DNA of 64,000 bases from assembly GCA_038068435.1 (NCBI GenBank), contig JBBTLZ010000041.1, positions 142-64,141 on the forward strand, written 5' to 3'. Under the pieces are notes generated by a model that saw only the letters and a list, made by a program, of their open reading frames with translations, was not told the origin of the DNA and did no database searches. A program made the position numbers and the translations under genes. The DNA is from Candidatus Eiseniibacteriota bacterium. Lineage in GTDB: Bacteria; Eisenbacteria; RBG-16-71-46. This document shows positions 30,978 through 40,844 of the stretch, piece by piece. The first letter of the stretch is position 1. Each line of letters opens with the position of its first letter.

Positions 30978-31751
30978 GTGGCCGAGATCACCATGAAGAA
31001 CCTGCTCGAAGCGGGTGTCCACTTCGGGCATCAGACCCGGCGCTGGAATCCACGGATGAAGAGATTCATCTTCATGGAGCGCAATGGGATCTACATCATC
31101 GACCTGCAGAAGACGCTCAAGTGCATCCAGGACGCGCGGACGGCGATCGAGAAGGCCGTGCGCGGCGGCGGGCACATCCTCTGGGTCGCGACCAAGAAGC
31201 AGGCCAAGCAGGTGGTGGTCGAGGAGGCGACCCGGTGCGGGATGTTCTACGTCACGGAGCGCTGGCTGGGCGGGATGCTCACCAACTTCAAGACCATCCG
31301 CACCAGCGTCAAGCGGCTCAAGGAGCTCGACCGCATGGCGGCCGACGGCACCTTCGAGAAGCTCGCCAAGAAGGAGGTCGCGCGCCTCACGCGTGAGCGC
31401 CAGCGGCTGGAGTTCGCCTTCGCGGGCATCAAGGAGATGCCGGGCCTGCCGGCCCTGGTGTTCATCATCGACACCAAGAAGGAGAAGATCGCGGTGGCCG
31501 AGGCCAATCGGCTCGGTGTCCCGATCGTCGGCGTCGTCGATACCAACTGCGATCCCAGCCTCATCGACTATCCCATCCCGGGCAACGACGACGCGATCCG
31601 GGCCCTGCGCCTGTTCGCGGGTCTGGTGGCCGATACCGTGGTCGACGGGCGCGCGACCGCGCTCGAAGGCCGCGACCAGGAGACCGTGTCGTTCGGTGGC
31701 GAGGGCGTCGAGGGCGAGAGCGAGGCGGCGCCGACCGCGACCGTCCGCTAG
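30978..31751 (+). CDS. rpsB: 30S ribosomal protein S2
   Basis: [27 protein letters not shown]... GTG start with RBS GAGGAGGAA. Confidence 0.95.
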   Translation: MAEITMKNLLEAGVHFGHQTRRWNPRMKRFIFMERNGIYIIDLQKTLKCIQDARTAIEKAVRGGGHILWVATKKQAKQVVVEEATRCGMFYVTERWLGGMLTNFKTIRTSVKRLKELDRMAADGTFEKLAKKEVARLTRERQRLEFAFAGIKEMPGLPALVFIIDTKKEKIAVAEANRLGVPIVGVVDTNCDPSLIDYPIPGNDDAIRALRLFAGLVADTVVDGRATALEGRDQETVSFGGEGVEGESEAAPTATVR

Positions 31752-31822
31752 TCCGTCCAGCACCCGACCGCCCGCCCGTGCCCGGATGCGCGAGCGGGCG
31801 TTCCGACACCTCAGGGAGCCCC

Positions 31823-32419
31823 ATGCCGATCACCGCGGATCAGGTCAAGCAGCTCCGGGAGATGACCGGGGCGGGGATGATGGAATGCAAGAAGGCGCTG
31901 GCCGAGACCGGCGGCGACCTGGAGAAGGCGGTCGACGCGCTGCGCAAGAGCGGTGCGGCGAAGGCCGAGAAGCGCAGCGGGCGCACCGCCAACGAAGGGC
32001 GCGTGGACGCCTACATCCACCCGGGCAACCGGGTCGGGGTGCTGATCGAGGTGAACTGCGAGACGGACTTCGTGGCCCGCACCGACGAGTTCGGCGAGCT
32101 GGTGCGCAACATCGCCATGCAGGTCGCCGCCGCCGGCGCCGACTACGTGCGCCGTGAGGACGTCCCGGCCGAGCAGGTCGCGCGCGAGCGGGACATCCTG
32201 GCCGCGCAGGTGGAAGGCCAGGGCAAGCCGGCCACCATCGTCGCGAAGATCATCGACGGCAAGCTGAGCAAGTTCTTCGCTGAGGTGTGCCTGCTCGAGC
32301 AGCCTTACATCCGCGACGACAAGCGTACCGTGGCGGACATCGTCCAGGACGCGGCCTCGAAAACCGGGGAGAACATCGTCGTGCGACGCTTCGCGCGCTT
32401 CCGGCTCGGCCAGGAGTAG
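31823..32419 (+). CDS. tsf: Elongation factor Ts (short form)
   Basis: [24 protein letters not shown]...[15 protein letters not shown] in frame within track ORF 31778..32419. Confidence 0.92.
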   Translation: MPITADQVKQLREMTGAGMMECKKALAETGGDLEKAVDALRKSGAAKAEKRSGRTANEGRVDAYIHPGNRVGVLIEVNCETDFVARTDEFGELVRNIAMQVAAAGADYVRREDVPAEQVARERDILAAQVEGQGKPATIVAKIIDGKLSKFFAEVCLLEQPYIRDDKRTVADIVQDAASKTGENIVVRRFARFRLGQE

Positions 32420-32423
32420 ATCC

Positions 32424-33140
32424 TTGGCCGCGCGCTACCAGCGCATCCTGCTCAAGCTCAGCGGCGAGATCCTCGCCGGCGAGGGCGGTCACGGCATCCA
32501 CGAGCAGGTCATCGACGGGCTGGCGGAGGAGATCCGCGACGTGCACGCCCTCGGCGTGCAGGTCGGGCTGGTGCTGGGGGGCGGCAACATCTTCCGCGGG
32601 CTGGCGGCCAGCGCCCGCGGCATGGACCGGGTGGCGGCCGACTACATGGGCATGCTCGCCACGGTCATCAACAGCCTGGCGCTGCAGCACTTCCTCGAGC
32701 GCCGCGGCGTCTACACGCGGGTGATGTCGGCGATCGAGATGGCGCGGGTGTGCGAGCCCTACATCCGACGCCGCGCGGTGCGCCACCTCGAGAAGGGCCG
32801 GGTCGTCATCCTCGCTGCCGGCACCGGCAATCCGTATTTCACCACCGACACCGCGGCCGCGCTGCGCGCGATTGAGACCGGCGCGGACGTGATCCTCAAG
32901 GCCACCCGCGTGGATGGCGTCTTCAGCGGCGATCCGCTGAAGGACCCCTCGGCCACCTTCTTCCCAGAGATCAGTTATCTGGATATCCTGAACCGCGGTC
33001 TCAAGGTGATGGACTCGACCGCCATCTCGCTGTGCATGGACAATCGCCTGCCGCTGGTGATCTTCAACGTGGGCACCAAGGGCAATCTGCTGCGCGTCGT
33101 GCAGGGTGAGGCGGTGGGGACGCGCGTGGGAGAACGCTGA
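32424..33140 (+). CDS. pyrH: UMP kinase
   Basis: [11 protein letters not shown]...[16 protein letters not shown] start. Confidence 0.92.
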   Translation: MAARYQRILLKLSGEILAGEGGHGIHEQVIDGLAEEIRDVHALGVQVGLVLGGGNIFRGLAASARGMDRVAADYMGMLATVINSLALQHFLERRGVYTRVMSAIEMARVCEPYIRRRAVRHLEKGRVVILAAGTGNPYFTTDTAAALRAIETGADVILKATRVDGVFSGDPLKDPSATFFPEISYLDILNRGLKVMDSTAISLCMDNRLPLVIFNVGTKGNLLRVVQGEAVGTRVGER

Positions 33141-33143
33141 GCC

Positions 33144-33701
33144 ATGACGAACAAGATCCTGATGGACGCAGAAGACCGCATGAAGAAGGCACTCGAGGCC
33201 ATGCGCCGCGAGCTGTCGGGCATCCGGACGGGCAATGCGAGTCCGGCGCTGCTCGACACCGTGCGGGTCGACGCCTACGGGCAGACGATGTCGCTCAAGG
33301 AAGTGGGGCAGGTGAGCGCCCCGGAGCCGCGCCTGCTGGTGGTCCAGCCGTGGGACAAGGGCCTGATCAAGGCGGTGACGCGCGCCATCCAGCTGGCCGA
33401 GCTGGGCCTCAATCCCACCGATGACGGCGCGGTGGTGCGGGTCCCGATCCCGGCGCTCACCGAGGAACGTCGCAAGGACCTGGTCAAGCTGGTGGCGAGG
33501 CTGACCGAGGAGGGGCGCGTCCACGTGCGCCAGGTGCGGCACGACGTGAACAAGGACATCAAGCATCAGCAGGACGGCGGCGCGCTCGCGGAGGACGACG
33601 CCAAGCGCCTGACCGCCGACGTCCAGAAGCTCACCGACCGCTACATCGCCCTCCTCGACGAGCTGCTGAAGAAGAAGACCGCGGAAGTGATGGAGGTCTG
33701 A
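33144..33701 (+). CDS. frr: Ribosome recycling factor
   Basis: Full-length Frr family match. Confidence 0.95.
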   Translation: MTNKILMDAEDRMKKALEAMRRELSGIRTGNASPALLDTVRVDAYGQTMSLKEVGQVSAPEPRLLVVQPWDKGLIKAVTRAIQLAELGLNPTDDGAVVRVPIPALTEERRKDLVKLVARLTEEGRVHVRQVRHDVNKDIKHQQDGGALAEDDAKRLTADVQKLTDRYIALLDELLKKKTAEVMEV

Positions 33702-33730
33702 CTCCGACGGCGGTTGGACTCGGAGGACTG

Positions 33731-34462
33731 TTGCCGACCCGCACGCTGACCCCCGAGCAGCTAAAGGCCCGCGGCAACCTGCCGCGCCACATCGCGATCA
33801 TCATGGACGGCAACGGTCGCTGGGCGAAGGCCCGCGGCGTGCCGCGCCTGATGGGGCACCGCGCCGGGCGCGAATCGGTGCGCGAGGCGATCAATGGGTG
33901 CGTCGCCCTCGGCGTCGAGGTGCTGACCCTCTACACCTTTTCGACCGAGAACTGGAACCGCCCCGCGCGCGAGGTCAAGGCGCTCATGGCCATCCTGCGC
34001 CAGACGCTGCGCGCCGAGCGCCGCGAGCTGCGCGGGAACAACGTCAGGCTCCAGACCATCGGCCGGCCCGGGGACCTGCCGCGCGAGGTGGTGGCGGCGA
34101 TCGAGGAGACGCAGGAGTACCTGAAGGACTGCGACGGCCTGCTCCTCAACCTGGCGCTCTCCTACAGCGGTCGGGCCGAGATCATGGACGCGGTCCGGCG
34201 GCTGCTCGGCGAGCGGCCGGCGGCCGCGCGCATCGACGAGGCGTGCTTCGGGCGGTACCTGTACACGGCCGGCCTGCCCGATCCCGACCTGCTCATCCGC
34301 ACCAGCGGCGAGATGCGGATCTCCAACTTCATGCTCTGGCAGCTCGCCTATACCGAGCTGTGGATCACCGACACCCTGTGGCCCGACTTCCGCAGGCGCC
34401 ACCTCTACCAGGCGGTCGCCGACTTCCAGGGCCGCGAGCGGCGCTTCGGCCGGGTGGATTGA
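33731..34462 (+). CDS. uppS: Undecaprenyl pyrophosphate synthase (di-trans,poly-cis-decaprenylcistransferase)
   Basis: PRHIAIIMDGNGRWA...TLYTFSTENWNRP motifs. Confidence 0.92.
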   Translation: MPTRTLTPEQLKARGNLPRHIAIIMDGNGRWAKARGVPRLMGHRAGRESVREAINGCVALGVEVLTLYTFSTENWNRPAREVKALMAILRQTLRAERRELRGNNVRLQTIGRPGDLPREVVAAIEETQEYLKDCDGLLLNLALSYSGRAEIMDAVRRLLGERPAAARIDEACFGRYLYTAGLPDPDLLIRTSGEMRISNFMLWQLAYTELWITDTLWPDFRRRHLYQAVADFQGRERRFGRVD

Positions 34463-34464
34463 CG

Positions 34465-35367
34465 GTGCGGGAGGACGCGCGCCCCGCCGCGCCGGGAGGC
34501 GGTGCCTCGGCGGGGGCAGGCCGCGAGTCCTCCCCGTGGGCGCTCGCGTGGCGGATCGCGAGCGGGGTCGTGTTTGTGCCGGTGCTGGTGCTGCTGGCGC
34601 GCGCGGGCGGGATCGCGTTCTGGGCGTTCGTCGCGCTCGAGGTCACGCTCGGGCTCACCGAGTTCTACCGGATGATGCGCGGACGCGGCCTCAATCCCTT
34701 CCAGCCGCTCGGGATCGGCTCGGGGCTCGCGCTGCTGTGGGTCTCCTACCGGCCGCTCACCCCGCACGTGGGTTTCCTGATGACCGGCGTGCTGCTGCTG
34801 GTGCTGGCGCTCGAACTCCGTCGCCCCCAGGCGCGCCAGCGGGTCGAGGACATCGCGGTCACGAGCTTCGGGGTGCTGTACGTCGGCTGGCTCTCCGCCC
34901 ACTTCGTGCTGCTGCGCGAGCTCCCCTGGCAGGTCGGCCGCGGCTATGCTGATGGCGCTTCGTTCGTGCTGCTCGCGTTCTTCCTCACCTGGAGCTGCGA
35001 TACCGGCGCGTACACCGTCGGGCGGCTCTTCGGCCGCAACCGGCCGTGGACGCACATCTCGCCGCGCAAGTCGGTGGAGGGCGCGTTCGGCGGTCTGCTG
35101 TTCGCGGTGGCGGCCGCTTTCGTGGCGCGGCGCTGGTTCGCGCCGTACCTCGCCGTCCACGACGCCGCGGTGCTGGGGTTGCTGGTCGGCGTGTTCGCGC
35201 AGGTGGGCGACCTGGTGGAGTCGCTGCTCAAGCGCGACGCGGCCCACGCCGACTCGTCCGACTTCATCCCGGGGCACGGCGGCGTGCTCGACCGGTTCGA
35301 CAGCCTCTACTTCGCCGCCCCGCTGGTCTACTACTACCTGCAGATCGTGATTTTCGGCGTGCCGTGA
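34465..35367 (+). CDS. cdsA: Phosphatidate cytidylyltransferase
   Basis: Multi-TM. C-terminal CTP-transferase signature SLLKRDAAHADSSDFIPGHGGVLDRFDSLYFAAPLVYYY. GTG/TTG start at about 34459-34465. The track ORF 33898..35367 N-terminal extension is not real. Confidence 0.85.
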   Translation: MREDARPAAPGGGASAGAGRESSPWALAWRIASGVVFVPVLVLLARAGGIAFWAFVALEVTLGLTEFYRMMRGRGLNPFQPLGIGSGLALLWVSYRPLTPHVGFLMTGVLLLVLALELRRPQARQRVEDIAVTSFGVLYVGWLSAHFVLLRELPWQVGRGYADGASFVLLAFFLTWSCDTGAYTVGRLFGRNRPWTHISPRKSVEGAFGGLLFAVAAAFVARRWFAPYLAVHDAAVLGLLVGVFAQVGDLVESLLKRDAAHADSSDFIPGHGGVLDRFDSLYFAAPLVYYYLQIVIFGVP

Positions 35368-35369
35368 CG

Positions 35370-36521
35370 ATGAAGCGGATGGTGGTCCTGGGCTCGACCG
35401 GCTCGATCGGCGCGCAGGCGCTCGAGGTCGCCGGGGCGCACCCGGAGCGGCTCGCGGTGGCGGGTCTCGCCGCGGGAGGCTCGCTCGACCGGCTGTGCGA
35501 GCAGGCGCGGCGGCTGCGCCCCGGGGCGCTTGCGCTCGAGCACGCCGCCGATCCCGCCGCGGCGCGCGAGCAGCTCGCGCAGGCCTCGCCGGGGGCGCGG
35601 GTGTTCGTGGGCGCGGGCGCGGCGGTGAGCCTGGTCGCCGAGACCGCGTGCGACGTCGTGGTCAACGGCATCGTCGGTGCCGCCGGGCTCGCCGCCGCGC
35701 TCGAGGCGCTGGCGCGCGGCCGGCGGCTGGCGCTCGCGAACAAGGAGACGCTCGTGGTCGGCGGGTCGCTGGTGCGCGCCGCACTCGCGCGCGGCGGCGA
35801 GCTGGTGCCGGTCGACAGCGAGCACAGCGCCGCCCTCCAGTGCCTGGGTGGCCGGCCGCCGGCGGAGGTGGCGAGGCTCACGCTCACCGCGTCGGGAGGA
35901 GCGCTCCGCAGCCACGCGGACTGGCGGCGGGCCACCCGGGACGAGGTGCTCGCCCACCCGGTGTGGGCGATGGGCCGGCGGATCACGGTGGACTCGGCGC
36001 TGCTCTTCAACAAGGGACTCGAGCTCATCGAGGCGCACTGGCTGTTCGATCTGGGATGGGAGCGGCTCGACGCGGTGCTCCACCCGCAGGCGCGCATCCA
36101 CGCGCTGGTGGCGTTCACCGACGGCTCGCTGGTGGCGCAGGCGGCGGCGGCCGACATGCGGCTGCCGATCCAGCTCGCCCTGTCGTGGCCCGAGCACTGG
36201 CCGGGACCCATCGCCCCACCCGCGCCGCCGGCGCTCGCCGGGCTCTCGTTCGCCCCGATCGAGCCCGGGCGTCACCCGGCCTTCGACCTGGCGCTGGCGG
36301 CCGGGCGGGCCGGCGGGACGGCGCCGTGCGCCCTCAACGCCGCGGACGAGGTGGCGGTCGAGGCGTTCCTCGCGGGTCGCCTCGCACTCGGCGCGGTGCC
36401 GGAGGTGATCGCGCAGGTCATGGAGGCGCACCGCGTGGAGCCGATCGAGTCGCTCGACCAGCTGCGGGCGGTCGACGCCTGGGCGCGCGAAGAAGCGCGC
36501 GCAGGGGCGGCCCGGCGATGA
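35370..36521 (+). CDS. dxr: 1-deoxy-D-xylulose-5-phosphate reductoisomerase
   Basis: MKRMVVLGSTGSIGAQALEV...LANKETLVVGG... ATG in frame within track ORF 35046..36521. Confidence 0.92.
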   Translation: MKRMVVLGSTGSIGAQALEVAGAHPERLAVAGLAAGGSLDRLCEQARRLRPGALALEHAADPAAAREQLAQASPGARVFVGAGAAVSLVAETACDVVVNGIVGAAGLAAALEALARGRRLALANKETLVVGGSLVRAALARGGELVPVDSEHSAALQCLGGRPPAEVARLTLTASGGALRSHADWRRATRDEVLAHPVWAMGRRITVDSALLFNKGLELIEAHWLFDLGWERLDAVLHPQARIHALVAFTDGSLVAQAAAADMRLPIQLALSWPEHWPGPIAPPAPPALAGLSFAPIEPGRHPAFDLALAAGRAGGTAPCALNAADEVAVEAFLAGRLALGAVPEVIAQVMEAHRVEPIESLDQLRAVDAWAREEARAGAARR

Positions 36522-36624
36522 GCGCGCCGCGGCCGTCGCTGCCGGGCCGGTGGGGGACACGCGCCCGGGCGGCCCACGCTGCGGCGCCTGCGGGCGGCGG
36601 GGCGGCCCGCCGCCGGGTGATGCG

Positions 36625-37401
36625 ATGGAGGTGAGGGCCGCGGTGGTGGTCTCCACCTACGAGAACCCGCGCGCGCTGGACCTGGCGCTGCGGGCGTGGT
36701 CGCGCCAGCGTGTCGCGCCGGCGTGGGTGGTGGTGGCCGACGACGGGAGCGGCCCCGCGACGCGGGCGGTGGTCGAACGCTGGGGCGCGGTCCACGTCTG
36801 CCTCGATCACGGCGAGGGCTTCGGGAAGTGCCGCATGGTGAACGCGGCGGTGGCCCGCGCGCGCGCGCTGGGTGCCACCTGGCTCCTGTTCACCGACGGC
36901 GACTGCCTGCCCGCCCGCGACCTGCTCGCCCGCCATCTCGTCGAGTGCCGGCCGGCGCGCTTCGTCGCCGGCGGGGTGATCCGGCTGCCCCGCGAGGCCT
37001 CCGAGGCGCTGCGCGAGGACGACGTGGACGCGGGCCGCTTCGAGCGGATGGGTGGGAACAAGCCCCACTACGTGCTGCCGCGCCCGCTGGGTCACCTGCT
37101 GGACCGCATCCAGCCCCGGCGCGCGCCCTGGAAGGGCGGGAACTCGTCGGCCTCGCTCGACGACATCGTGCGGGTCGGCGGCTACGACCAGCGCTTCGGC
37201 TGGGGCCTCGAAGACAACGAACTGGGCGAGCGCCTCCGGAACGCCGGCGTGCGGGGCTTCTCGATCCGCTACACGGCGCCCGTCTATCATCTCTGGCACG
37301 AGCGCCCGTGGGTGGAGCCGGCCGCGATCATTCGCCACCAGGCGATGCTGGCCGCGACGCGGCGCACCCGCGCGACGTGGACCGAGCACGGCATCCGATG
37401 A
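36625..37401 (+). CDS. Family-2 glycosyltransferase
   Basis: VVVSTYENPRALDLALRAW...VVVADDGS...FTDGDCLPARD (DxD-type GT-A fold motifs). Confidence 0.75.
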   Translation: MEVRAAVVVSTYENPRALDLALRAWSRQRVAPAWVVVADDGSGPATRAVVERWGAVHVCLDHGEGFGKCRMVNAAVARARALGATWLLFTDGDCLPARDLLARHLVECRPARFVAGGVIRLPREASEALREDDVDAGRFERMGGNKPHYVLPRPLGHLLDRIQPRRAPWKGGNSSASLDDIVRVGGYDQRFGWGLEDNELGERLRNAGVRGFSIRYTAPVYHLWHERPWVEPAAIIRHQAMLAATRRTRATWTEHGIR

Positions 37402-37463
37402 AGGCGGGCCGCTGCCTGGCCGATGAATCCCGGAGGGTCGGAGCCGCTCCGGCCGCGCTCCGC

Positions 37464-37493
37464 TTGACGCCCCCGAAGGGGGCGGGTTAGCCT
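37464..37493 (+). promoter_or_regulatory. Candidate promoter TTGACG-N18-TAGCCT for rseP
   Basis: In the 120-nt gap before rseP. RBS AAAGGAG follows. Confidence 0.35.
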
Positions 37494-37519
37494 CCGCAAG
37501 TGCTTGGCCGCCAAAGGAG

Positions 37520-38896
37520 TTGCTGGTGATCCAGAACATGATCCTGCCGGGCGTTGTGCTGCTCGGGCTCGTCATCTTCGTCCACGAGCTGGGCCATTTC
37601 ATGGTGGCCAAGTGGCGGGGCGTCAAGGTGTTGAAGTTCTCGCTCGGCTTCGGACCCGCCCTGCTCCGGTTCACGCGGGGGGAGACCGAGTACCGGCTCT
37701 CCTGGATCCCGCTCGGCGGCTACGTCTCGATGGCGGGGGACGGTCCCAACGAGGACGGCTCGATGCCGATCGGCGACGAGCAGTTCCTGTCCCACCCCTG
37801 GTTCGGCCGGGCGCTCATCGCGGTCGCGGGCCCGGCGGCGAACCTGGTGACCGCCTTCCTGATCATGATGACCATCGGTCTGGTCGGGGTGACGTACCCG
37901 GACTACCCGAACGTGCTCGGGGCGCTGCCCGATACCAGCGCCGCCTACCGGGCGGGGCTGCGCGAGGGCGACCGGGTGACCGCAGTCGATGACACGCCGG
38001 TGGGGAGCTGGATCGCGATCTTCGTCACCGACAAGCTGAAGCCGGAGAAGCAGGACGCCGACTTCACCGCCAGCCGCGGTGATTCCGGCTTCACGATCCA
38101 CGTCGCCGCGGGCATGCGGAAGGCGTTCCTCGCCAGCCTCGACCGGCCCTCCGACCCGCCGGTGGTGGGCAACGTCGTGACCGGGATGCCCGCATACAAG
38201 GCCGGCCTCAAGGAACGCGACAGCATCCTCGCCGTGAACGGCACGCCGGTGAAGGTCTGGGACGACCTGCCGCGGGTGATCTCGTCGCAGACCGACCAGC
38301 CGGTCGTCCTGCGGGTCATGCGCGGCGGGCAGGTGTTCGACCTCACGGTGACGCCGGTCGATCCGGGCGGCGTCGGCGGCGCCAACGCGGGCCGCATCGG
38401 CATCGAGGCGCGACGCCTCGGCAACTATGTCGAGCGCTACCCGCTGTGGCGCTCGCTCCAGCTCGGCTTGCTCGCCACCGGCGACCTGGTGGTGAGCGTG
38501 TACCGCGGGATGTGGCTCACCGCCTCGCGGCCGCTCTATTACCGGGAGTATCTGGGCGGGCCCATGTTCATCGCCCAGGCCGCGAGCGAGCAGGCCCGGC
38601 GCGGCCTCGATGCCTATCTCCAGTTCCTGGCGATGATCAACGTCGCCATCATGGCGTTCAATCTGCTCCCCATCCCGGTGCTGGACGGCGGCCACATCAC
38701 GCTGGCGCTGCTCCAGGCGCTGCGCGGCCAGGCGATCTCCTACCGCACCTACGTCCGCTTCCAGAAGGTCGGGCTGGCGGTCATCGGTACGCTCTTCATC
38801 CTCATCCTGGCGAATGACCCGCTGCGCTGGCTGCAGCGGCAGCGTGCGCTCGACAAGGCTCCCCAGGAGGGCAAGGTTGCCCCGAACCCGCCCTAG
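37520..38896 (+). CDS. rseP: RIP zinc metalloprotease RseP (site-2 protease)
   Basis: HELGHFMVAK (HExxH) in TM1, PDZ region, and a C-terminal LDGG motif. Confidence 0.9.
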   Translation: MLVIQNMILPGVVLLGLVIFVHELGHFMVAKWRGVKVLKFSLGFGPALLRFTRGETEYRLSWIPLGGYVSMAGDGPNEDGSMPIGDEQFLSHPWFGRALIAVAGPAANLVTAFLIMMTIGLVGVTYPDYPNVLGALPDTSAAYRAGLREGDRVTAVDDTPVGSWIAIFVTDKLKPEKQDADFTASRGDSGFTIHVAAGMRKAFLASLDRPSDPPVVGNVVTGMPAYKAGLKERDSILAVNGTPVKVWDDLPRVISSQTDQPVVLRVMRGGQVFDLTVTPVDPGGVGGANAGRIGIEARRLGNYVERYPLWRSLQLGLLATGDLVVSVYRGMWLTASRPLYYREYLGGPMFIAQAASEQARRGLDAYLQFLAMINVAIMAFNLLPIPVLDGGHITLALLQALRGQAISYRTYVRFQKVGLAVIGTLFILILANDPLRWLQRQRALDKAPQEGKVAPNPP

Positions 38897-38909
38897 CGGC
38901 GTGCGAGGG

Positions 38910-40835
38910 ATGGCGACGGTGTGCCTGGCGCTCGTGGCCACGGCCGCGCTCCTCGGCCGGCCGGCCCGGGCCCAGGAGGATCTGCTGGGCGAGATCAGGA
39001 CGATCGCCGCGGTGCGCTTCGAGGGCCGGCACCGCGTAGGCGCTCGCGAGCTCCGCTCGGTGATGAAAACGCGGTCGTCCTCCCGCTGGCCATGGCGCGA
39101 GAAGCAGGCGCTGCGGATCGATTTCCTGCGCTCCGACAATCTGGCCATCCGCGACCGTTATCGCCACCACGGGTTCCTCGACGCCCACGTCGGTTACCGG
39201 CTCACCCCGTCGCGCGACTCGAGCCGGGTGGCGGTGACGTTCGTCATCCAGGAAGGCGAGCGCACGCGGGTGGCCGCGGTCACGTTCACGGGCGTGCACT
39301 CGCACCCGGAGGACCCGCTGCGCCGCAAGCTGCTGGCCCGGCCGGGCCAGCCGTTCGACCCGTTCGTGCTCCAGCTCGATACGCTCAAGATCTCCGAGCT
39401 CTACCAGGAGCGCGGCTTCCGGCCGCACGTCGTGGCGACGGCGCGCCGCGGCGAGGGGGCCGACTCGCTGCGCGTCCAGGTGAGCTTCGTGGTCGAGGAG
39501 GGGCCACAGTACCTGGTCGGCGAGGTCTACCTGTTCGGCTACCAGAAGGTGCAGGAGCGCCTCATCCGGCGCGAGCTGGTGTTGAAGCGTGACGACATCT
39601 ACCGCCGCTCGCGGATGGTGCGGTCGTGGGAGCGGCTCTACGACACGGGTCTCTTCAGCCAGGTCCAGATCTCGCCGATCGTCGATTCGACCCGCTCGCG
39701 GATGGAGTTCGAACTGCGGGTGCGCGAGCGCAAACCGCGCTGGCTCGACGCCGGCGTCGGCAGCGGCAGCGCCGAGCGCTTCCGGGCCACCGGTGAATGG
39801 GGCCACCGCAACGTGTTCGGACGCGGGTTCCAGGGGGCCCTGGCGACCCGCGTGGCGTTCAACGGCAGCGGCAAGTTCCTGCTGAGCCGCACCGAGCTGT
39901 CGCTGCTCGAGCCCTGGCTGCTCAGGACGCGCACCCGCGCGGTCGTCACGCCGTCGTACGAGCGGAGTGACGATCGCGCCGACGCCCGCTGGCTGGTGGC
40001 GCAGGAATCGCGCGGCGTCAAGTTCGAGGTGGGGCGCGAGATCAACCGCTTCAGCCGCGTGACCCTGGCCCAGAACAACGCCTGGGTCCACCAGGACCTC
40101 ACCCTGTTCGCCGACACGCTGGCCGCCCCGGTGCGGGACTCGCTCGAGCGCAGCATCGTGGCGCGCTACAGCACGCACAGCATCGCGCTCGGCGGCGTCC
40201 GGGACTTCCGCGACAATCCGCTCAACGCCACGCGCGGCTCCGTGCAGGCGCTCACCGGGGAGCTGGCGGGCGGCCCGCTCAAGGGGACCAGCAGCTTCCG
40301 CAAGGTGGTGTTCGTCTCGTCGTGGTACACGCCGTTCGCCAACGGGTGGGTGCTGGCGACGCGGGTGCGCGCCGGAGCGATCGACCCGACCGGTCACGCC
40401 CCGGCGTTCTCGATCGAGACCGAGGTGGACAGCGCGGTGGCCCGCGTGCCGCTGGGCGACCGCTTCCGGACCGGCGGGGTCAACTCGGTGCGCGGGTACA
40501 GCGAGAACTCGATCCCGCCCTCCGGCGGGCTCGCGCTGTTGCAGGCGAATGCCGAGCTGCGGATCCCGATCGCGGGGCCGTTCGGGATCGAGCTGTTCGT
40601 CGATGCCGGGAATGTCTGGGCGCGGCCGTCGTACATCAAGCTGCGGGACTTCACCCCGAAGGTGAGCCACGACCCGCTGACGCCCAACGAGGTCCGCTAT
40701 GTGTTCGGGATCGGCCCGCGCATCAACCTCCCGATCGGCCCGCTGCGTCTGGATCTGACCTGGAGCCTGCGTCCCTCACCGGGATCGTCGGCGCTGGTCG
40801 CCAAGCCGCAGTTCGCGATCGGACCTTCGTTCTAG
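38910..40835 (+). CDS. bamA: Omp85-family outer-membrane assembly protein (BamA/TamA-like, about 3 POTRA + 16-strand barrel)
   Basis: Signal peptide, POTRA-like repeats, a loop-6 RGY-type motif (VRGYSENS), and a C-terminal ...FAIGPSF. The bamA-like position after rseP and immediately before tamB. Confidence 0.8.
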   Translation: MATVCLALVATAALLGRPARAQEDLLGEIRTIAAVRFEGRHRVGARELRSVMKTRSSSRWPWREKQALRIDFLRSDNLAIRDRYRHHGFLDAHVGYRLTPSRDSSRVAVTFVIQEGERTRVAAVTFTGVHSHPEDPLRRKLLARPGQPFDPFVLQLDTLKISELYQERGFRPHVVATARRGEGADSLRVQVSFVVEEGPQYLVGEVYLFGYQKVQERLIRRELVLKRDDIYRRSRMVRSWERLYDTGLFSQVQISPIVDSTRSRMEFELRVRERKPRWLDAGVGSGSAERFRATGEWGHRNVFGRGFQGALATRVAFNGSGKFLLSRTELSLLEPWLLRTRTRAVVTPSYERSDDRADARWLVAQESRGVKFEVGREINRFSRVTLAQNNAWVHQDLTLFADTLAAPVRDSLERSIVARYSTHSIALGGVRDFRDNPLNATRGSVQALTGELAGGPLKGTSSFRKVVFVSSWYTPFANGWVLATRVRAGAIDPTGHAPAFSIETEVDSAVARVPLGDRFRTGGVNSVRGYSENSIPPSGGLALLQANAELRIPIAGPFGIELFVDAGNVWARPSYIKLRDFTPKVSHDPLTPNEVRYVFGIGPRINLPIGPLRLDLTWSLRPSPGSSALVAKPQFAIGPSF

Positions 40836-40844
40836 GAACCGGCC

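Noticed and set aside
33898-34464. N-terminal extension of the cdsA ORF across uppS
   Set aside because: It overlaps the uppS coding frame. CdsA homology starts at about 34465.
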